Shown here: positions 32,549 to 43,473 of the stretch, piece by piece
How positions within the stretch are numbered: position 1 is the first letter of the stretch
Layout of the letters: the number at the start of each line of letters is the position of its first letter
Assembly: GCA_963749655.1 (NCBI GenBank)
Contig: CAVVOB010000021.1
Location: 32,001-96,000, forward strand
Direction of reading: 5' to 3'
Length of the DNA stretch: 64,000 bases
Source of the DNA: Nitrospirota bacterium
GTDB lineage: Bacteria > Nitrospirota > UBA9217
Notes under the pieces: generated by a model
The model's database searches: none
What the model saw: only the letters and a program-made list of their open reading frames with translations
What the model was told of the DNA's origin: nothing
Program-made: the position numbers and the translations under genes

Positions 32549-33451
32549 TTACCCTTCCCGGCCCCCGACCTCATGGCCCCCGAACTGATTGCGCAGCGCA
32601 GAAATGATTTTGCCCGTATAGCTCGGGTTTTTCTGCGACGAGATCCGGAAATCCAGTGCCCCCTCGATGATCGGCGCCGGGATCCCAAGCTCTCTCGCCG
32701 CATCCACCGTCCACCGGCCCTCGCCGCTCTGCGCCGCGGACCCTGAAATGCCGCTCAAGTCCTTCCCGTACTGCTCATAGGCGTTCTTGAGCCATCCCAC
32801 GAGACGCGACTCGATCACGCTCCGGTGATTGTAGAGCTCGGCGATGGCGGAGAGATCGAGGTCGAAACCTGATGCCTTCATGACTGCAAAACCTTCTGCC
32901 AACGCCTGCATCATTCCGTATTCAATGCCGTTATGTACCATCTTGACGAAATGTCCGGCCCCGTGCAGGCCCATATATCCGTAGCCCCCTTCCGTCGCAA
33001 GATCACGGAACAGGCCCTCGCAGCGGCTGTAGGCAGCCTTCTTCCCGCCGGCCATGATGCACGCTCCGCGCCGCGCGCCCTCGGGCCCGCCGCTTACGCC
33101 GACATCGAGAAATTCAAGCCCTTTCCCCTTGAGTTCCCCTGCCCGGCGGATCGATTCCTTATAGGGCGAATTTCCGCCGTCGATGACCGTGTCTCCCTTT
33201 GCGAGGTGCGGCGCCAGGTCAGCCAGCACCGCATCAACGGCCGTGTGCGGGACCATTATCCAGACCAGACGAGGGGCTTCCAGGGACTGCGCCAGCGCCG
33301 CAACGGATGCCGCAGCCAGAGCTCCTTTTTTCGACAGCGCCTCCACGGCCTCCCGGCCCCGGTCGAATACCACAACCTGATGCCCCTTCTCCAGAAGCCG
33401 TTCGACCATGTTGAATCCCATCTTGCCCAGACCGATATAACCGAGTTTCAT
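32549..33451 (-). CDS. gnd: Decarboxylating 6-phosphogluconate dehydrogenase (short type)
   Basis: GLGKMG, DGGNS, VSGG, GHFVKMVHNGIEYG, ALRNQFGGH. Confidence 0.95.
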   Translation of the reverse strand: MKLGYIGLGKMGFNMVERLLEKGHQVVVFDRGREAVEALSKKGALAAASVAALAQSLEAPRLVWIMVPHTAVDAVLADLAPHLAKGDTVIDGGNSPYKESIRRAGELKGKGLEFLDVGVSGGPEGARRGACIMAGGKKAAYSRCEGLFRDLATEGGYGYMGLHGAGHFVKMVHNGIEYGMMQALAEGFAVMKASGFDLDLSAIAELYNHRSVIESRLVGWLKNAYEQYGKDLSGISGSAAQSGEGRWTVDAARELGIPAPIIEGALDFRISSQKNPSYTGKIISALRNQFGGHEVGGREG

Positions 33452-33722
33452 CCCTGTCTCCTTAGATACATCAGACGTACTATAATATTCCACCGCGAAG
33501 AGGTGTGGCCTGACTCGCGGGTTTCCATTCCGCATTCCAATTCCGCACTTCTCTTGCTTCATCCCCCGGTATAGCTGAAGGCGCAGAGATGTTTCGAGAT
33601 GCTGTTCCGCACTACGATTCCGGACAAGCCGGAATGACGACTTTTTACATCGCAAGTAATATTGTTATCATCACTTCCACAACACAAAGCGCAATTAAAG
33701 CTTAACTGAAAATCTTCCCCCC

Positions 33723-33812
33723 AATTCGTGATAATTCGTGCAATTCGTGGTCATCACCCGTTTTTTTTCGGTTTCCATTCCGCATTCCGCATTCCGCAAT
33801 CCGCATTCCGCA
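33723..33812. repeat. AATTCGTG and ATTCCGC tandem repeats
   Basis: aattcgtg x3, then about five attccgc/aatccgc units. Confidence 0.75.
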
Positions 33813-33823
33813 ATTGTTTCCTT

Positions 33824-34282
33824 TCATCCCAGCTTCGCCGCTTCCTGTTCGATCTTCTTTACTTTATTCAGGCGCCGCACGTGCCTTTCCTCTCCGGAAA
33901 AAGAGGCGCTGAGAAACACCTGCGTTATTTCCTTGGCGAGCTCCGGACCGATGACCCGTGCGCCCAGGCAGAGCACGTTCATGTCGTCGTCCTCCACGCC
34001 CTGGTGCGCGGAGAACGTATCATGGCAGATCGCGGCGCGGACCCCGGGAAATTTATTCGCCGCAATACAGGCGCCCACGCCGCTTCCGCAGAGGAGAATT
34101 CCCCGGTCTGCCCTGCCGTCGATCACGGCATCAGCCACGGCGCGGGCGAAATCGGGATAGTCTGCCGGTTCGCTGCTGTAGGTTCCCACATCCCTCACGA
34201 TGTATCCCCGTCCCGTCAGCGAGGCTACGAGCACGCCCTTGAGCTCATAACCGCCATGGTCCGCACCGATAACGATATTCAT
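33824..34282 (-). CDS. rpiB: Ribose-5-phosphate isomerase B
   Basis: GADHGG, DYPDFA, CGSGVG, ANKFPGVRAA, RHVRR. Confidence 0.95.
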   Translation of the reverse strand: MNIVIGADHGGYELKGVLVASLTGRGYIVRDVGTYSSEPADYPDFARAVADAVIDGRADRGILLCGSGVGACIAANKFPGVRAAICHDTFSAHQGVEDDDMNVLCLGARVIGPELAKEITQVFLSASFSGEERHVRRLNKVKKIEQEAAKLG

Positions 34283-34333
34283 GATCCTGCTCTCTTTCCG
34301 GTCGGCTCCCGTCGTTTCCCGCGGCAGCCCGCG

Positions 34334-36079
34334 TCAGCAATAGAGGGGGTCTGCGCAGGTAAGCACCTGACTGCTCTTGCTTCCACTCCGGAAAATCGTG
34401 ATGCCCTTCACGCCTTCGCGATAAGCAAGAAAAAAAGCCCGACGCACGTCCTCCTGGGTCGCCTGCGGAGGAAAATTGATGGTCTTCGACACCGCATTGT
34501 CCGTGTGGCGCTGGAAGGCCGCCTGCATCCGCACATGCCACTCCGGCGCGATATCAAAAGCCGTCACGTAGAGACGTTTGACGTCGTCCGGCACATCAGT
34601 CATCCGCTGGATGGACTCGCCTGCCATGAGACGCATCTGAAGCGAGCTGCTGTAGAATCCTCTCTGCTTCGCCGTATCGAGGAAATCCCCGTTGACCTCC
34701 GGAAGCTCCACGTCCCCAAGTACGTGCCTCGTAAAGAACAGTGCAAAATGAGGTTCGATCCCGCTCGAGCATCCGGCAATGATCGACAGCGTCCCCGTGG
34801 GCGCCACGGTCGTGACGGTCGCATTCCGGAGCCTCGGCCCTCCCGGCGCGTCGTATCTGCTTCCCGCAAAATTCGGGAAAACTCCGCGCTCCCGCGCAAG
34901 CTCGGCGGACCGCTCCCTTCCCCGCTCGCGGACAAAGCGCATGACTGCCTCACCGGTCTGTAAAGCCTCCTCGGAGTCGTAGGGAATGCCCAGGCGGACC
35001 AGCAGGTCGGCGAAACCCATGACGCCGAGCCCGATCTTCCTGTTGCCCTTGGCCATGCGGTCGATCTCATCGAAAGGGTAGCGGCTGACGTCGATGACGT
35101 TGTCCAGGAAGTGCACCGCCGTCGCGATGGTCCGTCCCAGCTTGTCCCAGTCGATTTCCAGCGAGCCGCCGCGATCCCTAATCATGAGCCCCAGATTGAT
35201 GGACCCCAGATTGCACGGCTCGTACGGAAGGAGGGGCTGCTCGCCGCAGGGATTCGTGCTTTCCATCTCCCCGAGCTGCGGCGTCGGATTGTCGCGGTTG
35301 ATCCTGTCCAGAAACACCACCCCGGGGTCGCCGGTCTGCCAGGCAAGCTCGACGATCCGGTCGAACACCTCGCGGGCTCTGATCGTTCTTACGGCCTTCC
35401 GCGTCCGCGGGTTTATGAGAGAGATCGCGCCGTCCGCTTCCACGGCTTCAATGAAGCCTTCGTCGATTGCCACGGATATATTAAAGTTGGCCAGTTCCTT
35501 ATTGTCTTTTTTCGCGGAAATGAACTCAAGAATGTCCGGGTGGTCAACGCGCAGAATCCCCATGTTTGCGCCCCGCCTCGCGCCGCCCTGCTTTATCACC
35601 TCGGTCGCCATGTTGAAAACACGCATGAACGAGACCGGGCCGCTGGCCGCTCCTCCCGTGGTCCGCACGGTATCATCCCGGGGCCGCAGCCTGCTGAAGG
35701 AAAAGCCCGTCCCGCCGCCGCTCTGATGGATCAGTGCCGTGTTCTTGACGCTTTCAAAAATAGATTCCAATGAGTCCTCGATAGGCAGGACAAAACAGGC
35801 CGCCAGCTGCTGGAGAGGCCGGCCTGCGTTCATGAGGGTCGGCGAGTTGGGCAGGAACTCCAGGTTCGCCAGAGCTTCAAAAAACTCCTCCTCCGGTGAA
35901 GGTCGTCCGGCGGCTCCATGGTACTGGTGGTCTGCCGAGGCTACATTGCGGGCCACCCGGCGGAACATCTCGTCGGGCGACTCCACCACCTTGCCGAGCT
36001 CGTCTTTTTCAAGATACCGCCGTGTAAGTACGGTGAGGGCATTCGCCGTCAGACGCGCTTCAGTGTCCTTCACTGTCAT
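34334..36079 (-). CDS. nrdJ: Second, shorter class II ribonucleotide reductase lacking the TSCPD domain
   Basis: [32 protein letters not shown]; ends TCADPLYC. Confidence 0.93.
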   Translation of the reverse strand: MTVKDTEARLTANALTVLTRRYLEKDELGKVVESPDEMFRRVARNVASADHQYHGAAGRPSPEEEFFEALANLEFLPNSPTLMNAGRPLQQLAACFVLPIEDSLESIFESVKNTALIHQSGGGTGFSFSRLRPRDDTVRTTGGAASGPVSFMRVFNMATEVIKQGGARRGANMGILRVDHPDILEFISAKKDNKELANFNISVAIDEGFIEAVEADGAISLINPRTRKAVRTIRAREVFDRIVELAWQTGDPGVVFLDRINRDNPTPQLGEMESTNPCGEQPLLPYEPCNLGSINLGLMIRDRGGSLEIDWDKLGRTIATAVHFLDNVIDVSRYPFDEIDRMAKGNRKIGLGVMGFADLLVRLGIPYDSEEALQTGEAVMRFVRERGRERSAELARERGVFPNFAGSRYDAPGGPRLRNATVTTVAPTGTLSIIAGCSSGIEPHFALFFTRHVLGDVELPEVNGDFLDTAKQRGFYSSSLQMRLMAGESIQRMTDVPDDVKRLYVTAFDIAPEWHVRMQAAFQRHTDNAVSKTINFPPQATQEDVRRAFFLAYREGVKGITIFRSGSKSSQVLTCADPLYC

Positions 36080-36163
36080 GGGAACGCCTCCGTATGTATA
36101 TTTTACCACTCAGTGCTGCCAAAAGAGGCGTACCGGCACGACAGGGCCCGACGACGGGCGTCT

Positions 36164-36856
36164 TTAGTAGTAAAGGTCGAACAGGATGAGGAATACCAGG
36201 CTTTTGGCGAGTTCGATCCAACCCGTAGTCCGGAGCCTGACCTGGTATAGGGTGACGGCGACAGCGATGTTGTCCAGGAGCGGCAGGAGAATGATCAGAG
36301 GGAGGTGCATGCCGCGGTACGCTGCGGCGCTCACGAGAACTGCAAGTAAGGTCAGAATTCGATGCCCTGTCGTTTTGAAGAGCAGGGCTTTGATCTTGAA
36401 CACGCCTGCGGTGAAGTAGAAAACCACGCCCACGAACAGTCTCACATCGAGCCCGCCGGTGAGCTCGAATTTCGCCAGCACCGCCGCCAGGCTCAGGAGA
36501 CAGAATCCGATCCATTCCGTCACGAGGGAATGCTCTCCCGCGTACACACTGGCCAGCAGGTAGGCGGCGGGAATGATGAGCAGGGGGAGAAGCCTGGGGA
36601 TGTCATCCCCGAAAACGCCGATCAGGAGGAGCGATGCGGCAATGACCTGGCCCAGAAGCTGGAAGAATGCCTTTTTTTGATCCCTTTTCCTGACCCACGC
36701 CGTGAACGCCAGTTTGGAATTGACGAGCAAGCTCAGGGCGATATAAAGCGGCACCAGCGCCCACGAAAATGTGCGGCAGACCAGGACGCCGATAAGAAAG
36801 GACGCTGCGAGGACGCTCCAGGAGCCGTATTCTTTTAATAGGTAGCTTTGTCTCAT
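36164..36856 (-). CDS. YwiC-like membrane protein
   Basis: KEYGSW N-terminal motif, several TM segments, TGWIEL C-terminus. Confidence 0.7.
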   Translation of the reverse strand: MRQSYLLKEYGSWSVLAASFLIGVLVCRTFSWALVPLYIALSLLVNSKLAFTAWVRKRDQKKAFFQLLGQVIAASLLLIGVFGDDIPRLLPLLIIPAAYLLASVYAGEHSLVTEWIGFCLLSLAAVLAKFELTGGLDVRLFVGVVFYFTAGVFKIKALLFKTTGHRILTLLAVLVSAAAYRGMHLPLIILLPLLDNIAVAVTLYQVRLRTTGWIELAKSLVFLILFDLYY

Positions 36857-37020
36857 CGCTATGAGTATACCACGACCCCGCCGGACCGGTTATAAGTAAG
36901 GATCCATAGAGCGCCCAAGTGATCCTGTTGATCCTGCATGGAGTCCATTATCAGGGTGAAATTTTATTGCCGGAGGGGATGGGCGAAGGGGCCGCAGTCA
37001 ACGCACAGCGTGTTCAGCTG

Positions 37021-37944
37021 CTATTCAAATCCGAGGTAGATACCGGCCCCGAGATAGGAGATTCTATCGTTGTAAAACTGACCGTAGGGCGTAAAGCCCT
37101 GGTAGTGTTCGGCGAGAACGCGGATATAGCGTCCGTTGCCCGCCGAGCTGTCAAACTGAAGTCCGGCCTTGAGAGAAGAGTTGACGCTCCAGTTGTGCTG
37201 CTCTTCGAGCTTCAGGTCCAGCCCGGCGACCACTCTTCCCCTCCCCAGGGCAGGCCCGGAGCCGTAGTATTCCATACCGGTATGGATTGTCATCGGTCTT
37301 ATGTTGGTCGGCCCCTGATGGATGATGTAGTCTCCCCCGTAATAGAGGCGCCAGTTCCGCCATTCCTGCGATCTCAGCGCTTCGATGGCCTCGAAGGAAA
37401 ACTCGACCCGCTGAATATTATTATGCAGCAGGAATTCGTCGCCGAGATGGGAACTCTGGTGGTAAAGGACGACCCGGTAGGACTCGTTGTCCTTGCGGAA
37501 GCTGACGGGAAAACCGATGATATAGTCGGAATTCACCAGGTCAAAGGAAGGCGAATGAAGATTGAACTGGGCATGGATGGCTCCGCCGAAGTCCGACTGC
37601 CAGCTGTATCCTCCGGCGGTATTATTGTGGCGGTAAAGGCCGAACAGCTCTCCGAAGCCGCCTGCCGCGGTATAGAAGGTATCGGAGCGGTATCTGGATA
37701 TGCGGTAACTGACGTAGAACCGCGGTTCCTTGGGGTCGGCAATGAGGGGGTAGAAAAGATCTCCCGTGGGAAGAAAGGTCGTCTGTTCCGCCTGGCTGCT
37801 CTGTGCGGCGGGCCGCAGCTGCCCGTCGGCTGCGGGACAGTTCGGCCCCGGGGGGGCAGCAGGCTCGGCAGCAGCGGTCCCGTGGACCGCAATGCCCGCG
37901 CACACTGCAAGCGCCGCGCATATGATGGCATACTTGATGATCAC
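37021..37944 (-). CDS. DUF1207-like outer-membrane protein (start approximate)
   Basis: Signal peptide, PLIADPKEPR, DLVNSDY, HQSSHLGDEF, PYGQF. Confidence 0.78.
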   Translation of the reverse strand: MIIKYAIICAALAVCAGIAVHGTAAAEPAAPPGPNCPAADGQLRPAAQSSQAEQTTFLPTGDLFYPLIADPKEPRFYVSYRISRYRSDTFYTAAGGFGELFGLYRHNNTAGGYSWQSDFGGAIHAQFNLHSPSFDLVNSDYIIGFPVSFRKDNESYRVVLYHQSSHLGDEFLLHNNIQRVEFSFEAIEALRSQEWRNWRLYYGGDYIIHQGPTNIRPMTIHTGMEYYGSGPALGRGRVVAGLDLKLEEQHNWSVNSSLKAGLQFDSSAGNGRYIRVLAEHYQGFTPYGQFYNDRISYLGAGIYLGFE

Positions 37945-37997
37945 GTCCACGCTGAAGAAAGGCGGGCTGCTTGTTTCTGAACGGTTCTCGTTAGCGG

Positions 37998-39452
37998 CTA
38001 CATAACGCCGGTGATTGAAGCGCGCGCGTAGTTCAGGAGGTCGGCGGGAAACACGCCGATGACGATCACCGCGGTCACCGATATGGCGAGCGCAAGCGCA
38101 AGCGACGGCGAGGTGGTGAGCTCGATGGCCTCCTTCGGCTCGCTCATATACATGACCATGACGACCCGGAGGTAGAAGTAAGCGCTGATGGCCGAAAAAA
38201 GCACGCCGGCAATGGCAAGCCACACGAGGCCGGCCTCTATTGCGGACTTGAAAATATAGAACTTGCCGACGAACCCGGCCAACGGCGGGATGCCGGTCAG
38301 CGAGAACATGAAGATAAGCATGAGAAACGCCGCTGTTTTGTTGATTTTGCCCAGCCCCGCGAAATCGGCGATTTCCTCGCCCCGTTCCCCTGCTTTCCTG
38401 AGCATGATCACGATGCCGAAGGCGCCCATATTCATGAGGGCGTAGATGCAGACGTACAGCATGACGCTCGCGGCCCCTTCCGGTCCTCCCGCGGCGAGGC
38501 CCACCAGGGCGTAGCCGGCATGGGCTATAGATGAGTAGGCAAGCATGCGTTTGATGTTGGTCTGGGACAGGGCCATGATGTTGCCCACGGCCATGGTAAG
38601 GACGGCAAGACCGGCGAGGATCGCCGTGGAGTGCTCGTGCAGGGGCGCCAGGGTGTACAGGAAGACGCGGAGCAGGACGGCGAAGCCCGCAACCTTGGGG
38701 CCGGCCGACATGAAAGCGGTTACCGACGTGGGCGCGCCCTCATACACGTCAGGCACCCACATGTGAAACGGCACGGCCGCCACTTTGAACCCGAAGCTCA
38801 CGACCAGCATGATCATCGCGAGAAAGATGACCGGGTTCGTGAGGTCCGCGGTGCGGAGGAACTTCATGATCTCTTCGAGATTCGTCGTACCGGAGAGGCC
38901 ATAGAGGAGCGACATGCCGTAGATCATGATGCCCGAAGAGAACGCTCCGAGCACCAGGTACTTGATCGCCGCCTCGTTCGAACGGTTGCTCCGCCGCATG
39001 AAGCCGGCGAGGACGTAAATGGAGAGGGCCATGAGTTCGAGGCCCAGGTACAAGGTGATCAGATCTCCCGCCGACGCCATGAGCATCATGCCCGTCGTGG
39101 CGAAGAGCATCAGGGCGTAGTATTCCCCGCGGTTGATGTCCTCTACCTTCAAGTAATTGATCGACACCAGGATGCCGAGGCCGCAGGCAACGTAGAAAAC
39201 GAACTTGAAGTACGTGGCAAAAGGATCGACATAGAGCGTTCCCCCGAAAAACAAGCCGCTGACGTTCATGAGATTGTAGGTGGCAACCGCCGCAAGGACG
39301 ATGCCGGCCAGACTGAACCATCCGAGAACATGCTTGTACGCCTTCGGCACCAGGAGGTCGAGGATGAGCACGCAGAGGGCTACGGAAATCATAACGACTT
39401 CCGGCGCGATCGGGGCAAGCGTTTGCAGGAACTGCTGATACATGCTGGGCAT
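37998..39452 (-). CDS. nuoN: NADH-quinone oxidoreductase subunit N
   Basis: EAAIKY, FKVAAVPFHMWVPDVYEGAP, KRMLAYSSIAHAG. Confidence 0.96.
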   Translation of the reverse strand: MPSMYQQFLQTLAPIAPEVVMISVALCVLILDLLVPKAYKHVLGWFSLAGIVLAAVATYNLMNVSGLFFGGTLYVDPFATYFKFVFYVACGLGILVSINYLKVEDINRGEYYALMLFATTGMMLMASAGDLITLYLGLELMALSIYVLAGFMRRSNRSNEAAIKYLVLGAFSSGIMIYGMSLLYGLSGTTNLEEIMKFLRTADLTNPVIFLAMIMLVVSFGFKVAAVPFHMWVPDVYEGAPTSVTAFMSAGPKVAGFAVLLRVFLYTLAPLHEHSTAILAGLAVLTMAVGNIMALSQTNIKRMLAYSSIAHAGYALVGLAAGGPEGAASVMLYVCIYALMNMGAFGIVIMLRKAGERGEEIADFAGLGKINKTAAFLMLIFMFSLTGIPPLAGFVGKFYIFKSAIEAGLVWLAIAGVLFSAISAYFYLRVVMVMYMSEPKEAIELTTSPSLALALAISVTAVIVIGVFPADLLNYARASITGVM

Positions 39453-39467
39453 CTGGTTCTCCTTACA

Positions 39468-41006
39468 TTAGTTTCCTATGAGCGTATTGACCGTCTGTGC
39501 GACGGCCGGCGCCGCCTGGACCTTTGCATGCATGTGCTGGATCAGGTTGGAAACGGAGGCATGCATGACATTGAATGCCGAGTTCGGGTATAGACCGACC
39601 ACAAAAACCAGCACGACCAGGGGAAGCGCGGCAGCTGCCTCGCGCAGGTTCATGTCTGCAAGGTGCTCGTTATGGGGATTCGTAATCTTGCCGAAGGCGA
39701 TCCGCTGATACAGCCAGAGCATGTAGCCCGCGCCGAGGATGATGCCGAGGGACGCAATGACAGCAAAGGGCTTGTAATGCAGAAAGGCGCCGAGCAGGAT
39801 CGTGAACTCGCCGATGAACCCGTTCGTCCCCGGAAGGCCGATCGAGGACAGGGTGATCACCAGAAGGAACGTGGCATAGACCGGCACGCGGGCCGCGATG
39901 CCGCCGTAATCAGCGATCAGCCGGGTATGGGTCCGCTCGTAGATCACGCCGACGGCAAGGAACAGCGCTCCCGTCGAAACGCCGTGGTTCAGCATCTGCA
40001 GGATCCCGCCCTCGAGCCCCTGGCTGTTCAGAGCGAACAGGCCCAGCGTGACGAATCCCATGTGGCTCACGCTCGAATAGGCGATCAGCTTCTTGAAATC
40101 GGTCTGCGCAAAGGCCATGTAGGCGCCGTAGATGATGGCTATGACGGACAGAATCATGATGGCAGGCGTCCAGGCGATGGTCGCATCGGGGAAAAAGGGC
40201 ATCGAGAACCGGAGGAATCCGTACGCGCCCATCTTGATCAGAATGCCCGCCAGGAGGATGCTGCCGGCGGTCGGAGCTTCCACGTGGGCATCGGGCAGCC
40301 ACGTGTGGACCGGGAACATGGGGACCTTTACCGCGAAGGCCGCGAAGAAGGCTGCGAAGGCCACCATCTGGAACGTATAGCTGAACTTGTAGTTCATGAG
40401 CGCCAGCACATCGAAGGTGCGGCCGGCGGCGAAATACACGGCGATGATCGCAACAAGCATGAGAACGCTGCCCACGAGCGTGTACAGGAAGAACTTTACG
40501 GCGGCATAGAGGCGGTTCGGACCTCCCCAGATGCCGATCAGGAGGTACATGGGGATCAGCATGGCTTCCCAGAAGATATAGAAGAGGAAGAGGTCGAGGG
40601 CCACAAATACGCCGATGACCGCCGCTTCGAGAAAGAGCATGGCGACCATGAACTCGCGGACCCGGTCCTGTATCGCAGTCCACGAGACCATGATGGATAC
40701 CGTCGTAAGGAGCGCGGTCAGCGCGACGAAGAGGATGCTGATGCCGTCGATGCCGAGACGATAATTGATGTTCCAGGCAGCGATCCAGGGCAGGCTTTCC
40801 CCGAACTGCATATTCGCCGTCGAGCTGTCGAAATTCATGAGGAGCGGCAGGCAAAGGCCCAGCTCAACGATTGAGAATGCAAGCGCGATCCAGCGTGCCG
40901 TCGCCGCGTTCCGGACGAACAGGAGCAGGAACGCCCCGAGCACGGGAAGGAAGATCATAAGACTCAGCAGCGGATAACCGAGCATGTTCATTTTCAATTC
41001 GAGCAT
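39468..41006 (-). CDS. nuoM: NADH-quinone oxidoreductase subunit M
   Basis: FWEAMLIPM, HTWLPDAHVEAP, KKLIAYSSVSHMG. Confidence 0.96.
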   Translation of the reverse strand: MLELKMNMLGYPLLSLMIFLPVLGAFLLLFVRNAATARWIALAFSIVELGLCLPLLMNFDSSTANMQFGESLPWIAAWNINYRLGIDGISILFVALTALLTTVSIMVSWTAIQDRVREFMVAMLFLEAAVIGVFVALDLFLFYIFWEAMLIPMYLLIGIWGGPNRLYAAVKFFLYTLVGSVLMLVAIIAVYFAAGRTFDVLALMNYKFSYTFQMVAFAAFFAAFAVKVPMFPVHTWLPDAHVEAPTAGSILLAGILIKMGAYGFLRFSMPFFPDATIAWTPAIMILSVIAIIYGAYMAFAQTDFKKLIAYSSVSHMGFVTLGLFALNSQGLEGGILQMLNHGVSTGALFLAVGVIYERTHTRLIADYGGIAARVPVYATFLLVITLSSIGLPGTNGFIGEFTILLGAFLHYKPFAVIASLGIILGAGYMLWLYQRIAFGKITNPHNEHLADMNLREAAAALPLVVLVFVVGLYPNSAFNVMHASVSNLIQHMHAKVQAAPAVAQTVNTLIGN

Positions 41007-41092
41007 GAATGACTCCTCTGTTTTTTCAGTTCTAGGTTCAGGATATCGAGTTCACCGCTGGGGGCGTGAACGATGAGCCGGGAGCCGGGAAC

Positions 41093-43033
41093 TTAGTTAA
41101 TCAGTATGTAGTACAAACCCGCCAGCACGACGAGTCCGAGCCCCATGGTGAAGGCATACTGCTGCAGATATCCGGTCTGGAGTTTCTTGCCGCGTTCGCT
41201 CGTATTACCGATTGCAGCGGCGAAGCCGTTGATGAACCCGTCGATGATCTTCACGTCGCCCACGTTGTGGAGGATCCTCGAGAGCTTGATGACCAGGCCG
41301 TCGACGAAGATATAGTTGTAAATCTCGTCGACCTTGTATTTATTCAGGAGCAGGGTATAGGCGCCCTTGAATTTCTCGGCCCACCGGTCGGGCCGCGTCG
41401 GATTCTTTACGTACCAGAGATAGGCCAACCGGATTCCTGCAGCGGCGACTGCAACCGAGAACACCATCAGCCCGAGCTCCAGCCAGTGGCTCTCGGCGGC
41501 TGCGGCATGCTCCGTACTAGGGAAAAGCGGCGCAAGGTACTCGCCGAACAGGTTGCCGTGGGGGATGAGCGCACCCGGCGCGCCGATCCAGCCGATGAAG
41601 AAGGAGAAGAACGCGAGAATCATGAGCGGGATGGTCATCACCTTCGGCGATTCGTGAACATGATGTTCCACGTCATGGTCCATGCGCGATTTTCCGTAAA
41701 ACGTCAGATAGATCAGGCGGAAGGAATAGAAGGCCGTCATGAGCGCGCCGGCCACGCCGAGCACCCAGAGAGCGCGTCCGAGCGACGATGCGTTGTAAGC
41801 GCTCCAGAGGATCTCATCCTTGCTGAAGAAGCCCGCAAAGGGGAAGATGCCGGCGAGCGCCAGCGACCCGATAATGAACACCCAATGGGTGACCTTGATC
41901 TTCGACTTGAGCGCGCCCATCTTGCGCATGTCCTGCTCGCCCGAGAGGGCATGAATGACACTGCCGGAGGCGAGAAACAGGAGGCCCTTGAAAAAGGCAT
42001 GCGTGGTGAGGTGGAAGATGCCCGCCGCGTACGCGCCGACACCGAGACCGAGGAACATGTACCCGAGCTGACTGATCGTCGAATAGGCGATCACGCGTTT
42101 GATATCGTTCTGCACCAGGCCGATGGTCGCTGCAAAAACCGCGGTCAGGCCGCCGACGATCGCGACGGTGTTCATTGCGGTCTCGGAAAGCGAGAAGATC
42201 GGCGCACAGCGGGCCACCATGAACACTCCGGCCGTGACCATCGTCGCCGCGTGGATCAGGGCGCTGACCGGCGTCGGGCCCTCCATGGCATCGGGCAGCC
42301 AGACGTAAAGCGGCAGCTGCGCCGATTTGCCGGTTGCCCCGAGGAACAGCAGGAGCGCGATCAGGGTGATGACACTGATCTCTCCGCCGAACAGGCGGTA
42401 GGTCTGGTCCGTGACCGAGGTCCCCATCGTGGCAAAGACCTCGGAGAAGTCCAGCGTGCCGCAGGTCAGGAAGATGAGCAGCACGGCGAGAACGAAACCG
42501 AAGTCGCCGACGCGGTTCACCACAAAGGCCTTGACCCCGGCATCGGCTGCAGATTTTTTCTCGAACCAGAAACCGATCAGGAGGTAGGAACAGAGACCGA
42601 CGCCCTCCCAGCCCACGAACATGACCAGGAAGTTATTGGCCATGACCAGGACGAGCATGAAGAAGGTGAAAAGCGCGAGGTAGGCGAAAAAGCGGGGATA
42701 TCCTTTGTCCCCGTGCATGTAGCCCACAGAGTAGATATGGATCAGGGAGCTGAGCGTGGTTACCACGAGCAGCATGACCGAGGTGAGCTGGTCGATCTGG
42801 AAGCCGACGTTTACCGAGAAGGTCCCGATCGATATCCAGGTGTAGAAGTTCTCGTAGAGCTTCACCCCGCCGACAACATCGAAAAATGCACTTACGGACA
42901 GGATGAAGGCACCGATCACACCTGCGATGGGGAACCAGGCGGCCTTTTCCTTCAAAAATTTTCCGAAGAGCCCCGCGATCAGGAAGCCGGCGAACGGCAG
43001 GAGCGGAATGAATGCATATTTAAACATAGACAC
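41093..43033 (-). CDS. nuoL: NADH-quinone oxidoreductase subunit L
   Basis: GWEGVGLCSYLLIGFW, WLPDAMEGPTPVSALIHAATMV. Confidence 0.97.
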   Translation of the reverse strand: MSMFKYAFIPLLPFAGFLIAGLFGKFLKEKAAWFPIAGVIGAFILSVSAFFDVVGGVKLYENFYTWISIGTFSVNVGFQIDQLTSVMLLVVTTLSSLIHIYSVGYMHGDKGYPRFFAYLALFTFFMLVLVMANNFLVMFVGWEGVGLCSYLLIGFWFEKKSAADAGVKAFVVNRVGDFGFVLAVLLIFLTCGTLDFSEVFATMGTSVTDQTYRLFGGEISVITLIALLLFLGATGKSAQLPLYVWLPDAMEGPTPVSALIHAATMVTAGVFMVARCAPIFSLSETAMNTVAIVGGLTAVFAATIGLVQNDIKRVIAYSTISQLGYMFLGLGVGAYAAGIFHLTTHAFFKGLLFLASGSVIHALSGEQDMRKMGALKSKIKVTHWVFIIGSLALAGIFPFAGFFSKDEILWSAYNASSLGRALWVLGVAGALMTAFYSFRLIYLTFYGKSRMDHDVEHHVHESPKVMTIPLMILAFFSFFIGWIGAPGALIPHGNLFGEYLAPLFPSTEHAAAAESHWLELGLMVFSVAVAAAGIRLAYLWYVKNPTRPDRWAEKFKGAYTLLLNKYKVDEIYNYIFVDGLVIKLSRILHNVGDVKIIDGFINGFAAAIGNTSERGKKLQTGYLQQYAFTMGLGLVVLAGLYYILIN

Positions 43034-43074
43034 CCCTTAAATGTATCGGCATGGTAATGCTTGAACCCGGAATT

Positions 43075-43377
43075 TCAGCCCTTCAGAATATTGAACTCAT
43101 CCACATAAACGGTCCCGCGATTCCGCGCGATCAGAATGATTATCGCAAGCGCCACCGCCGCCTCGGCCGCGGCCACCGTGATGACGAAAATAGCGAAAAT
43201 CTGGCCCGTCAAGGTTTGAAGGTAATGCGAGAAGGCCACGAGGTTGATGTTGGCTGCGTTCAGCATGAGCTCCATCGACATCAGAATGATGAATATATTG
43301 CGGCGGCTCAGCACACCCACAACTCCGATGGTGAACAGCGCCGCGCTCAGCATGACGTACCAGGACAGGGGAATCAT
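43075..43377 (-). CDS. nuoK: NADH-quinone oxidoreductase subunit K
   Basis: RRN...ELMLNAAN...[11 protein letters not shown]. Confidence 0.95.
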   Translation of the reverse strand: MIPLSWYVMLSAALFTIGVVGVLSRRNIFIILMSMELMLNAANINLVAFSHYLQTLTGQIFAIFVITVAAAEAAVALAIIILIARNRGTVYVDEFNILKG

Positions 43378-43473
43378 TAAAACCTCCAGTTCCCATTGCG
43401 GATTGTCAATTGCGGATTGAGGAATGAACCACAAAGATTCTCATTCGAAATCCGAAATCCGCAATAGCTTTCT

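Noticed and set aside
34283-34336. nrdJ2 TGA stop follows Cys and is in frame with rpiB, suggesting Sec read-through
   Set aside because: The hairpin loop is only 5 nt after the UGA, too close for a SECIS; in-frame phase has a 1-in-3 chance; rpiB has a normal start
41066-43057. Long antisense ORFs (also 5053-7179, 39663-40874, 53225-55096)
   Set aside because: Shadows of real minus-strand genes caused by GC-rich codon bias
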